A program made the position numbers and the translations under genes. A stretch of 64,000 nucleotides of DNA, from contig PMCS01000008.1 of assembly GCA_003154195.1 (NCBI GenBank), forward strand, positions 143,366 to 207,365, given 5' to 3'. The notes under the pieces are model-generated. The model was not told where the DNA came from and made no database searches. It saw nothing but the letters and a program-made list of their open reading frames with translations. This document shows, one piece after another, positions 49,572 to 58,538 of the stretch (its first letter is position 1; each line of letters begins with the position of its first letter). The DNA is from Candidatus Omnitrophota bacterium (GTDB lineage Bacteria > Omnitrophota > Gorgyraeia > Duberdicusellales > 4484-171).

Positions 49572-50570
49572 TCAATGGAAACTCACTGTATCTCTCATCA
49601 CCAATTCCGTATCCAGAACAATTTTCTTAACTACAGCGTTTTTATTCTTTACTGCTTCGTCTAAAATATCGACGGCGGCCGCGCACATCGCCGACAAAGG
49701 CTGCCTTACTGTGGTAAGCGCGAGGCTGCCCCAATGATAATTGGGATTATCGTCAAAACCGATTACGCTTAAATCTTTGGGGATAGTTATTTTATTTTCT
49801 TCGGCAAAGGTTATCACCTCGCCCGCTACTTCGTCGCTGCAACATAAAATAGCCGTAGGCGGTTCAGACCCGGAAAATAACTCACCCAGCCTTTCCCGCG
49901 CTTCTTTGCGCGAAAAATTTGTTACCTTAATATAAGTGTCTTTTACCGGTATCCCGTTTTTCTGTAAAGCATTCTTGTACCCATCAAGACGTTCCGCGGC
50001 GCATTGCACGTGAAGATTTCCCGCTAAATGAGCAATTTTTTTATGGCCGTGGTTCAACAAAAACTCCGTTGCGTCATAGCTTCCCTTAAAGTTATTTATC
50101 GCTACATAATTAACATTTTCGGCGTCAAGTTTTTTATTCATCACTACGAACGGCAATCCTTCTTTGGCTATTCTCTCCATCTGGCTTTCGTTACCTAAAA
50201 CATCGGAAAAAATAATCCCGTCGACCAGAGAAGTCTTTAAACTATCTTTATTCCAGAAAACATGCAGCTGTAAATCTACCCCCTTGGCCGCCATCGAAAC
50301 AGCAACACTTCTTATTATTTCCATCGCATAATAAGAATAAAAAAGACCTTCGTAGCCGGGAATAACCAGGCTAAAAACGCCCAGCTTCCCCCCAGCCAAC
50401 CGTCGGGCATAAATAAAAGGCTGGTAATTAACTTCTTTAATAATTCGTTCGATTTTTCTGCGGCTGGATTCTTTCAAAAGGGAAGGATTATTGAAAAAGC
50501 GGGATACGCTGGCGATGGAAACGCCCGCTTTCTGCGCGACATCTTTAATGGTAATTTTGGGAGTGCCCAC
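49572..50570 (-). CDS. LacI-family transcriptional regulator
   Basis: ITIKDVAQKAGVSIASVSR HTH; SVIGFDD, LTTVRQP. Confidence 0.95.
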   Translation of the reverse strand: MGTPKITIKDVAQKAGVSIASVSRFFNNPSLLKESSRRKIERIIKEVNYQPFIYARRLAGGKLGVFSLVIPGYEGLFYSYYAMEIIRSVAVSMAAKGVDLQLHVFWNKDSLKTSLVDGIIFSDVLGNESQMERIAKEGLPFVVMNKKLDAENVNYVAINNFKGSYDATEFLLNHGHKKIAHLAGNLHVQCAAERLDGYKNALQKNGIPVKDTYIKVTNFSRKEARERLGELFSGSEPPTAILCCSDEVAGEVITFAEENKITIPKDLSVIGFDDNPNYHWGSLALTTVRQPLSAMCAAAVDILDEAVKNKNAVVKKIVLDTELVMRDTVSFH

Positions 50571-50596
50571 TTTCCTGCCTTAATTTAATATAGCTT

Positions 50597-50647
50597 GTAG
50601 ATTATAGATAGTAGCTGTACCGGTTATCTGTACTATCTATCATCTAT
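50597..50647. repeat. Short inverted cassette with ~7-mer arms
   Basis: gtagattatagatagtag ... tatctgtactatctatcatctat. Confidence 0.55.
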
Positions 50648-50674
50648 GAAAGGCAATTCTTAAATTACTCCAAG

Positions 50675-51913
50675 TTATTTACTGACTACCGTATCGCCTT
50701 CCTGGACGGTTGAGCCGCTTATTACATTCCTTACATCGGCCGCGGAGATTTCTTTCCTTGTTTCGATTATCTCGACATCAGCGATAGCTTTATCGCCGCG
50801 CATAACTTTCATGCTCATGCCCGGCTTCAGGCCGGCAGACTCTCCTATATCCATAACAATGAATTTTTCTTCCTGGTTTACCGCGATAATCGAACCCTTT
50901 GCCCCCTTGACCCCTGAAATTTCCGGTTTTACCACAATCGGAGGCAATTCCACGGAAGCAGACCCGCTGCCGACGCCGGAATCTTTTGTCCTGATCGCGC
51001 TTTTTAAATCTTCCTGCAATTCTCCCAAAGCAAGCGTTTTTTGTTTAAAAACATTTTCTACTTCCGTAATCCTCTTATCTAAATTATCCTTCTTATCCTG
51101 GATATCTTTAATGGCATTCTGAAGCTGGGTTCTTTCTTTGTTGGCCATAATCAACTCTCTTTTAAGATTAAGATTGTCTTCGCGCATTTTAGTCAGCTCA
51201 TCGCTGGCTACCTTGCGAGTTTCTCTTTCATTGACCAGATCCCTGCTCATAATATCCATGCTGCGCTCTTTGTATTGGAGATCCTGCTCAAGGCGGGTTT
51301 TTTCTTTATTGAGGTCGTCAATCTTCAAGGTTAATTCCTGGTTGGTCCGTTCTAATCCTACTATCTGGTTCTTGGTATCCAAAAGTTCCCTGGTTATTGA
51401 ATCAAACTTTGCTTCCAACTCGGCTTTCGTCCTAACCACGTCAGCCCAGTAATCTTCTCCGGAAATCTTGCTTTCCTCGGATTTTTTTTCTGGTTCTCCC
51501 TGGCCTCCCTCCGGCGCGGCCCCTGCGCCGGACGCAGCAGGCGGCTCTTTGACCGCCATCGACATGCCTGCTTTAGATTTCTTAATCTCTTCGACTAAAG
51601 CTTCTTTATCCTTGGAAATAGTTTCGTATCTATTTTTATAGGAATCTCTTTCTTTCTTAAGGGCATCAAGCTGGCCCATGGCCTGCCTGGTTTTGGCAAG
51701 CTCATTTTCTATGCCTTTTACCTTATCGTTGGCTTCGGCATACTTAGCCTGCCAATCATCTTTTTCTTTAATCAGCCGCGCCTTTTCGGATGTAAGTTCG
51801 TCATTTTGCGTTTTTAAAACCTGGTTATCGCCCGCAAATTTAAAAACAGCCGCGCCGCCGACTAAAAGCACCAGAACAAATAAGACAAGAAAAATTATTC
51901 TTGTTTTATCCAT
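50675..51913 (-). CDS. Membrane-anchored long coiled-coil protein with C-terminal beta domain
   Basis: N-terminal TM, heptad-rich body, ELPPIVV, then FIVMDIG..G.KPG...GD.V. Confidence 0.85.
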   Translation of the reverse strand: MDKTRIIFLVLFVLVLLVGGAAVFKFAGDNQVLKTQNDELTSEKARLIKEKDDWQAKYAEANDKVKGIENELAKTRQAMGQLDALKKERDSYKNRYETISKDKEALVEEIKKSKAGMSMAVKEPPAASGAGAAPEGGQGEPEKKSEESKISGEDYWADVVRTKAELEAKFDSITRELLDTKNQIVGLERTNQELTLKIDDLNKEKTRLEQDLQYKERSMDIMSRDLVNERETRKVASDELTKMREDNLNLKRELIMANKERTQLQNAIKDIQDKKDNLDKRITEVENVFKQKTLALGELQEDLKSAIRTKDSGVGSGSASVELPPIVVKPEISGVKGAKGSIIAVNQEEKFIVMDIGESAGLKPGMSMKVMRGDKAIADVEIIETRKEISAADVRNVISGSTVQEGDTVVSK

Positions 51914-52029
51914 TAATCCTCCCTTTCACGAATAGTTGACTCAAGAAAATGCAATAAAAAATTGCATTTTTCCCATTAATTTCGATTATAACATATAAAT
52001 AATTCGTGTAAAGAGCTTTATAATATATT

Positions 52030-52977
52030 TCACAGATCATCCAGGGCAAGCATTGCCGCGCCAAGAACGGTCGCGTTTCTCCCTAAAGCGGAATAAGTAA
52101 GCTTTAAATTTTTTCTCATCTCGCTGAAAGTAAAATCTTTCACGCAGGCAATACAATCATCTAAAAAGAAATCAGGCGCTTCTTCCAACCCCCCCCCGAT
52201 AACGACTACTTCGGGATTAAGCATGTTGACCAGAAAGGAAATCTTGGCGGCCAAAGCCGTTGCCGCCTCTTTAAGAATTCCCCGGCTTAATTTATCTTTT
52301 TTTGCCTCTTCGAAAATATCGGCCAGCGAAAGCTCGCCGGTCGAAGTTATCCTTTTAATAAGGGAAGTCCCTTCGCCGCGGGCGATGAGTTCTTTTGCCT
52401 TCTTAACCATGTCCAAGTCAGCGTGCCATTTCTTAAGAAAAGAAAGGTCTCCCAGACAAGAAGCATGCGCCTCTCTTAAATTTATAAACAGCTCGCCGGC
52501 GGCGCCATCTTTACCTCTATATAATTTACCGTTAATGACAATCCCCATCCCCACGCCGGAAAACATATAGAGCATATCTTCATGCCTGGAAAAATTAAGC
52601 TGGTGCTCGGCAAAAGCGCAGGCATTGGCGTCGTTTTCTAAAATCACCGGAAATCCGAATTTTTTTTCCAGATATTCCTGAAGCGGCAAAGCGATATAAA
52701 CATAAGTAGATTTTTGTTTTTGCGGCCAGTAGACTATTCCTTTATCGTGGACAATTCCCCCTAAGGCAACCCCGACTCGTGCGATATTTTTTTTGTCTTT
52801 ACGCGCTTCGGCAATAACTTCCTCAAATAGCTCTATCAGCACCTCAATCGTTTCATTGGCATCTACTTTATTTCTTTTTTTCTGGATTTGCGCTATAACC
52901 TTACGGTCATCGCGCAAAACCACCGCCCTGGCATCAAAAAGATTAAGGCCGATACCGATCGAACATTTAGATTCCAT
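52030..52977 (-). CDS. ROK-family protein
   Basis: ENDANACAFAE, GVGMGIVINGKLYRG..GAAGE, NPEVVVIGGG. Confidence 0.9.
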   Translation of the reverse strand: MESKCSIGIGLNLFDARAVVLRDDRKVIAQIQKKRNKVDANETIEVLIELFEEVIAEARKDKKNIARVGVALGGIVHDKGIVYWPQKQKSTYVYIALPLQEYLEKKFGFPVILENDANACAFAEHQLNFSRHEDMLYMFSGVGMGIVINGKLYRGKDGAAGELFINLREAHASCLGDLSFLKKWHADLDMVKKAKELIARGEGTSLIKRITSTGELSLADIFEEAKKDKLSRGILKEAATALAAKISFLVNMLNPEVVVIGGGLEEAPDFFLDDCIACVKDFTFSEMRKNLKLTYSALGRNATVLGAAMLALDDL

Positions 52978-53144
52978 ATCGTTCTCCTTCAAGAAAAATC
53001 TGCCTCTCCCAAAAAGCTAAGCAGATACAACGCCGAGAAAACCGATGATTTAGACAAGCAGTCAACAATAGAATACCAGATTTATAGTTTTTATCAATAA
53101 AGAAACCGGGTATGGCGCCGGATAGACGATTCCTGCAAATAAAC

Positions 53145-54071
53145 TTATTTCTCCACCCTGAACTTAGCGTTCATCATTGCATCGTTCGGCCGGGATTTCC
53201 ACCGGCGGTGAATCCAGCTCCATTGCGAAGGAACATCGCGAATCCACCCCTCGATTATGCGCGTAAACTTTATCGCGTTTAAAAGTATCGTTTCATTATT
53301 ATCTTCCTTTAAAATAAGATTTTCGGCGGGAAATATCTTTAAACAATGCTGCCCCGGCTTTTGTGAAGATATATACGCGGGAACAACGGCAGCCTGTGTG
53401 CGCAAAGCAAAAACAATAGGGCCGATGGGAGTAGCGGCGAGTTCGCCAAAAAACTTGACCCATACTCCGCCGGTGCCAAAGTTCTGATCCATCAGCATCA
53501 CGACAATTTCATTGTCACGCAACGCCTTTATGGTATTCTTAACGCACTCTTGCCGCGGAAAGGAAAGAATGGTTTTTATACCCGCCCGGTCGCGCAAACT
53601 TTGGATATAGTCGCCGGTTTTTTCATCGCGCATCGGCCGTGCCATGACATTCACGGTATAACCTTCCTTTACCAGCTTAAGCAGGAGTAAAGGAAAATTA
53701 CCCAGATGGGCGGTAAGGATAAGCACACCTTTATTCCGGCACAGCGCCGCGTCGAGATATTCCTTGCCTTCAATCGTAATACGCGCGATTTCGTCAGGAT
53801 GCTGCAGGAAATATACCGATTCAAAAGACCATTGCGCCATATACCGGAATACATCCCCGGCTATCTTTTCTTTTTCTTTCTGCGCCATCCCGGGAAAAGC
53901 AATCGTCAGACCTTCCCTGGCGAATTTTCGGTGGGGGGTAAGCCAATAGGCGATACGCGCGATAAATGCGCCTACGGCATAGGAAACTTTCAAGGAAAAC
54001 AATCCATTCAAAAAAAGAAAAAGATTAAATGCCAGTTCGCTGGATTTACGTCTTAAAAATTTATTATCCAT
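53145..54071 (-). CDS. Lipid A late acyltransferase (LpxL/HtrB family)
   Basis: TAHLGNF, LMDQ, VKFFG, PSQWSWIHRRWK. Confidence 0.92.
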   Translation of the reverse strand: MDNKFLRRKSSELAFNLFLFLNGLFSLKVSYAVGAFIARIAYWLTPHRKFAREGLTIAFPGMAQKEKEKIAGDVFRYMAQWSFESVYFLQHPDEIARITIEGKEYLDAALCRNKGVLILTAHLGNFPLLLLKLVKEGYTVNVMARPMRDEKTGDYIQSLRDRAGIKTILSFPRQECVKNTIKALRDNEIVVMLMDQNFGTGGVWVKFFGELAATPIGPIVFALRTQAAVVPAYISSQKPGQHCLKIFPAENLILKEDNNETILLNAIKFTRIIEGWIRDVPSQWSWIHRRWKSRPNDAMMNAKFRVEK

Positions 54072-54559
54072 TATAGTTTATACCCGATCTTCCTTAATAA
54101 ATCTTTCCGCCATTTTATATCTTCGGAGCCTTCAATGCCTTTGGGCGAAGAACCATCGATCACCCCCATAATTCCCCTGCCCGATTGTGTTTGGGCAACA
54201 ATAACTTCCAGAGGATTAGCCGTGGCGCAAAAAATATTGCATACTTCGCTGAGGTTCTTCAACTGGTTTAAAATATTTATGGGGTAGACGTCTTTTAAAA
54301 TAAGGAGAAAAGAGTGGCCACAGCCAATCGCCTGAGCATTACCGACGGCGATTTTTTTCAGCGCCTCGTCATTGCCTTCGGCCCGGATGAGGCATTTGCC
54401 GCTGGCTTCGCAAAACGCCAGGCCGAATTTAGCGTTGGGGACGCTGGAAACAATCAGCTCATAAATATCTTCCACGGTCTTGATGAAATGCGTCTGGCCG
54501 ATGATAACATTCAATTCTTCGGGTTTATCGATTTTGACTGCCTCGAATTTTATTTCCAT
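54071..54559 (-). CDS. Adenosine-specific kinase family protein (DUF355)
   Basis: NVIIGQTHFIKTVED, FCEASG, FCATANP, GRGIMGVIDG. Confidence 0.88.
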   Translation of the reverse strand: MEIKFEAVKIDKPEELNVIIGQTHFIKTVEDIYELIVSSVPNAKFGLAFCEASGKCLIRAEGNDEALKKIAVGNAQAIGCGHSFLLILKDVYPINILNQLKNLSEVCNIFCATANPLEVIVAQTQSGRGIMGVIDGSSPKGIEGSEDIKWRKDLLRKIGYKL

Positions 54560-54636
54560 AACCCCCTCCAATATTTTCGCCACGAAAACACAAAGATTAT
54601 TAATTAGGCCAATTTAATTTTAAAATAAATTGGCCA

Positions 54637-56121
54637 TTAGTCTATGGTTTTTCTTTGTGGCAAAATCTTCTCTGATTTATATCTTATTTTGATAACAGAA
54701 AAAATCAATAGAAATAATAAGCAGGCTGCGGAAAATAATTCCGGAAAGCGGTTAAAAAAGCTCCTTCCTTTATTCAAGGGCAGTTTAAAACTCCACGCGC
54801 CACGGCAAAATGTCTCCTTGCCGTTGCGGTTAAATTTATTTACGCGCCCATAGAAATCGGCATACCCCGATATGCCGGTGTTGGCGCACCGGGCAATAGA
54901 AATCCGGTTCTCCATCGCCCGTATCGCCATAATCGCCAGATGTTGGCTTGCCTCCGGCTCGCCATGAAACCACTCGTCGTTGGTGATATTGACGAGAAAA
55001 TCGCTTTTGGCCGCAAAGCGCGCGGCAAAAACCGGCGGCGTATCTTCAAAACAAATCAGAACGCCGAAATTTTTTCCTTTCCAGGAAAAAATCTTATCCT
55101 CGCTGCCGCGCTGCATATCGCCCAGCTCGTTAAGCACTTCGATGAAACTGAATACTTTACGCAAAGGGACATATTCGCCAAACGGCACCAGTTTTATCTT
55201 CTGGTACTCGCCCCGGAAACACCCGCATTTAGCAATCAGAAAACTGCTGTTGGTAAATTGATTATTCCGGTAACCGATCGCCCCCATTAAAATATCGCGG
55301 CCGATATTTCTAGAAAAATCTTCGATGAGCCTCAATTCTTCATCGTGGACGAGCGCCGGCCAGGCGGCTTCGGGAAAAATGGCTAAAGAATCTTTATCGG
55401 TTTTAGCGCTTAATTCTTTTAGCCCTGCTAAAATATCGGATTTCTTGACGTCGCTCCGCTTCTCGCTTTCGGCGACATCCGGCTGGACAACCGACAAATC
55501 TATCGTATCGGCTATCTTCAGAGTATTTATTTTAAATAAGGAGTAAGCGACGCATGCCGCCATGATAAAAGAAAAAATAACGGTTTTCCTAGCCAGGTTT
55601 TTTTTCGCGGAGAAAAAATCGCCGATTAAAACATTGGCCGCGACGATTAAAAAAGAAATGAATTTAACACCGAATAAATCTACCGGTTGGACCAAATATA
55701 AATTGGTATATTGCGAATAGCCTAAGTTACCCCAACTGAATCCGCACCAGATACTTTCCTTAAGCAATTCCATGGCAACCCATAAACACGGCAAAGCGAT
55801 AAGCCGGAAAGGCCGGCCGCTGAAAAACCGGCCCAAAAGAAAAAATAGAACCTGGTAAAGCGCCAGATACCCCAGTAAAAAAACAAGCCCCAAAACGGTG
55901 ACGTGGCCGACCCAGAAAATCATCACGCCGAAAAAAACGTACCCGAAAATAAAACTATAGAACAGGCCTTCTTTTAAACGGCTCCGTGATTGTACGACAA
56001 AATACGGGGCGAGAGAAAACCAGATTAAAAAAGAAAAGGAAGGAAAATTAAAACTCAGGGCAGACGCTGCCGCGCTTAGAACAACAATTACTAGATTTTT
56101 AGAGTAAGTATTACTTTGCAT
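54637..56121 (-). CDS. lnt: Apolipoprotein N-acyltransferase
   Basis: TM region; FPE, KLVPFGEYVP, LICFED, NITNDEWF, ANTGIS. Confidence 0.95.
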   Translation of the reverse strand: MQSNTYSKNLVIVVLSAAASALSFNFPSFSFLIWFSLAPYFVVQSRSRLKEGLFYSFIFGYVFFGVMIFWVGHVTVLGLVFLLGYLALYQVLFFLLGRFFSGRPFRLIALPCLWVAMELLKESIWCGFSWGNLGYSQYTNLYLVQPVDLFGVKFISFLIVAANVLIGDFFSAKKNLARKTVIFSFIMAACVAYSLFKINTLKIADTIDLSVVQPDVAESEKRSDVKKSDILAGLKELSAKTDKDSLAIFPEAAWPALVHDEELRLIEDFSRNIGRDILMGAIGYRNNQFTNSSFLIAKCGCFRGEYQKIKLVPFGEYVPLRKVFSFIEVLNELGDMQRGSEDKIFSWKGKNFGVLICFEDTPPVFAARFAAKSDFLVNITNDEWFHGEPEASQHLAIMAIRAMENRISIARCANTGISGYADFYGRVNKFNRNGKETFCRGAWSFKLPLNKGRSFFNRFPELFSAACLLFLLIFSVIKIRYKSEKILPQRKTID

Positions 56122-56167
56122 AATAACGGAACGGAATTAAATCAGAAAAACAATAGAAAAAAATATA

Positions 56168-56391
56168 GTCCACAGATTTCTCAGATTACTCAGATTGGTT
56201 TCCCCAGATTTTTCTTTTTGTTTCTAAAAACGGCACGCCGAAATTTAATAATAAACCTAAAATTTTATGCACCTCGATGGCGGCGCCGATTATTTTTTCG
56301 GTAATATCTTCATGCGGCCAGATTTTATCGTCATAGTTTCGAATATTTTTCTCCTAATCTTAATCTGTGACAATCTGAAAAATCTGTGGAC
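56168..56391. repeat. Family B inverted cassette, copy 3 (long spacer)
   Basis: gtccacagatttctcagattactcagatt ... aatctgtgacaatctgaaaaatctgtggac. Confidence 0.87.
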
Positions 56392-56406
56392 AAAAATTTT
56401 TTGTTT

Positions 56407-57066
56407 TTAAGGATTGCTCTCAATCGCGTTTTCCACGGGATTGGTTTGAGGTTCCGGTTCCGGCAAATCGGTATCGCGGGATTCCTCCGGCGCAAAGCCT
56501 ACGGCGATAAGATATCCGATCGCCCGTTCGGCCAATTTATAACGATGGACAATACTCCAGAAGGCTTTGCTGTGGTTAGTCTCGATTAAATGCGCTAATT
56601 CATGGATAATCACATAATCCCTGACCCAGACGGGCATCGCGCTAAGGCGGTGGGAGATAAGAATTTTTTTAGTCTGGTAGTAGCAGCAGCCGAATTTTTT
56701 GTCCTGATAGGCGCTATATTCGATCCCCGCGATGTGCAATTTGCCGTCAAAATATTCCTTATTAAATCTCCGGGCGATTTCCATCAGGTCTTGCGTCTTT
56801 CTCAACTCGGCTCTCAGCTTTCGTTTCTGGAACCGCGCGGCGAAATTATTGATGACCTTGCGCAATTCGGTTTCGGAAATGTTACGGGGAGCATGGACCA
56901 GCATAGTATCGCCGGCAACCCGCGCGTTTATTGTCCGTCGGCGCTTCTTACTGCGGATGATTTGTACTTTATAAGGAAGGCATCCGGCCCGGTTAAGGCT
57001 TTCCTCTAAACCGCCGGGCGCTTCTTTCTTATTCGTAATCCGTTCAAAAAATTTTTCGAATACCAT
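56407..57066 (-). CDS. YgjP/M48-like zinc metallopeptidase family protein
   Basis: RSKKRRRT, FGCC, DYVIIHELAHL, HSKAFW. Confidence 0.9.
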   Translation of the reverse strand: MVFEKFFERITNKKEAPGGLEESLNRAGCLPYKVQIIRSKKRRRTINARVAGDTMLVHAPRNISETELRKVINNFAARFQKRKLRAELRKTQDLMEIARRFNKEYFDGKLHIAGIEYSAYQDKKFGCCYYQTKKILISHRLSAMPVWVRDYVIIHELAHLIETNHSKAFWSIVHRYKLAERAIGYLIAVGFAPEESRDTDLPEPEPQTNPVENAIESNP

Positions 57067-57196
57067 ATTTTATTTTTTTATTTCCCACTGATTCGCATTT
57101 TCTGCCAGAGGCCATCGGCTTCGCCGAGAGGCGAGCGAGACCTCGCCAAAAGTTTTAACTTTTGGCGGGCAAGGCCTAATAATATGTTTTTTGTTT

Positions 57197-57643
57197 TCAC
57201 AACATTTTTTCTATAGAAGCCTTTTTGGCCGCATACGCTTTACCCAAACCGATTTTAATGGCCAGGTCACACAAGGTAAGTGCCGGTTGGAATTCTCCGG
57301 CGTCGACCATGATCGAAATGCCCCGTTCGATAAAACGAAGTTCGCCCAGGTATTCAATAAATCGACGGCTATTTTCCACCTGCGCCTCCCCCAGATATTC
57401 ACCGGCACGAATTACCGCTTCGCGGCATACGACAAGATCGCCGCATCGATACGCGTCTTCGGCCAAAAGATCATACACAAAAAACTTCACGGCATTAGGG
57501 ATCGAATTAAACATTCCAAGATAATTCAGCAGATACCTCTTCCCCTTTTCGCTACCGTCAAACATGGCTTCGCTATGCCCGGCAAAAACACTATCCAATA
57601 TCTCATCCGGTTTTTTAACAACCGGCCGGTGCCGATCAGACAT
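57197..57643 (-). CDS. Hypothetical helical protein
   Basis: 148-aa ORF with GGAG RBS; TPR-like helices. Confidence 0.65.
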   Translation of the reverse strand: MSDRHRPVVKKPDEILDSVFAGHSEAMFDGSEKGKRYLLNYLGMFNSIPNAVKFFVYDLLAEDAYRCGDLVVCREAVIRAGEYLGEAQVENSRRFIEYLGELRFIERGISIMVDAGEFQPALTLCDLAIKIGLGKAYAAKKASIEKML

Positions 57644-57744
57644 GTATAAACTCCATTAAAAAATATTTTCACCACGAAGGCACGAAAAACACGAAGCTTA
57701 AAGGGCGCTGACCCTTTTACTCCCGCGCTCCAACGTGGGGTGAT

Positions 57745-57912
57745 TTACTTAAAAATAATAACCAAAGTTCCGGCCGCAATCATGCTGACGCCCAGCCATT
57801 GGTAGACGCCTAAGCGTTCGCCCAAAAATAGCAGCGCCAAGATGATTGCGAACACTATGCTTAACTTATCAATCGACAACTTGAGGCATAAATCATAATA
57901 ATTCTCTTCCGC
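57745..57912 (-). pseudogene. EamA-family transporter C-terminal fragment fused to a short foreign N-terminus
   Basis: Hand translation (A)EENYYDLCLKL-SIDKLSIVFAIILALLFLGERLGVYQWLGVSMIAAGTLVIIFK*; no start codon. Confidence 0.7.
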
Positions 57913-58210
57913 GCAAGGAATTCCTAAAGAATCTGATTTGTTTTTTTACCTTGGATAATAATTTTCTATATTTAGCTCTGCATTTCTTTGCATCTTTATA
58001 TTTTTTTATTTCATTTTCAGAAACCTTACCTTTGTATATAAATTTCACCTTGCCGTTTTTTCTAAACAAAAGGTAATAATATTCATGTCCTTTTATGTTT
58101 TTTTTAACGAGGCTGCCCCGGGGTAATTTTTCTAATTCTCTTACATAGCCCCCCGCCATGCGGAGAGAAGTTTCCAGCCCCTTTTTTAAAACCCCTTTTA
58201 TCATGCCCAT
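57893..58210 (-). CDS. Small basic DNA-binding-like protein (putative antitoxin)
   Basis: LPRGSLVKKNIKGHEYYYL..GKVKFIYKG; RBS before MGMIKG. Confidence 0.75.
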   Translation of the reverse strand: MGMIKGVLKKGLETSLRMAGGYVRELEKLPRGSLVKKNIKGHEYYYLLFRKNGKVKFIYKGKVSENEIKKYKDAKKCRAKYRKLLSKVKKQIRFFRNSLRGRELL

Positions 58211-58237
58211 GTCATATTCTCCTGTAGTATATAGTAT

Positions 58238-58337
58238 GTTACCATACAAGCTAATGAACAATATACATTGTATGGTAACTTTTGTCAAACAAAAGGTTGC
58301 CATGCAGGTTATATAATATTGTTATTTGTATGGTAAC
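58238..58337 (-). promoter_or_regulatory. Promoter with two tandem inverted-repeat operators
   Basis: gttaccatacaa-N18-ttgtatggtaac and gttgccatgcag-N18-ttgtatggtaac. TTGACA (58288-58283), 17-bp spacer, TATATT overlaps the first operator. Confidence 0.75.
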
Positions 58338-58538
58338 TTGTAGGGTGACAATAACGAGGCAACTTGAATATTTCACCACGGTAGGCATAAGGAAAAGACA
58401 GTGATGGGTGGCGAGGGAATGCTGGTAACTATTTATTTTATCCCTCAACCTTGGCCCCTCATCACTGCGCTTAAAAGGTGTCCCCGGAACTCCTTTGTTT
58501 TCTCTTGGCCCATGCCCCTTGACCCATTTTCACAAAGC

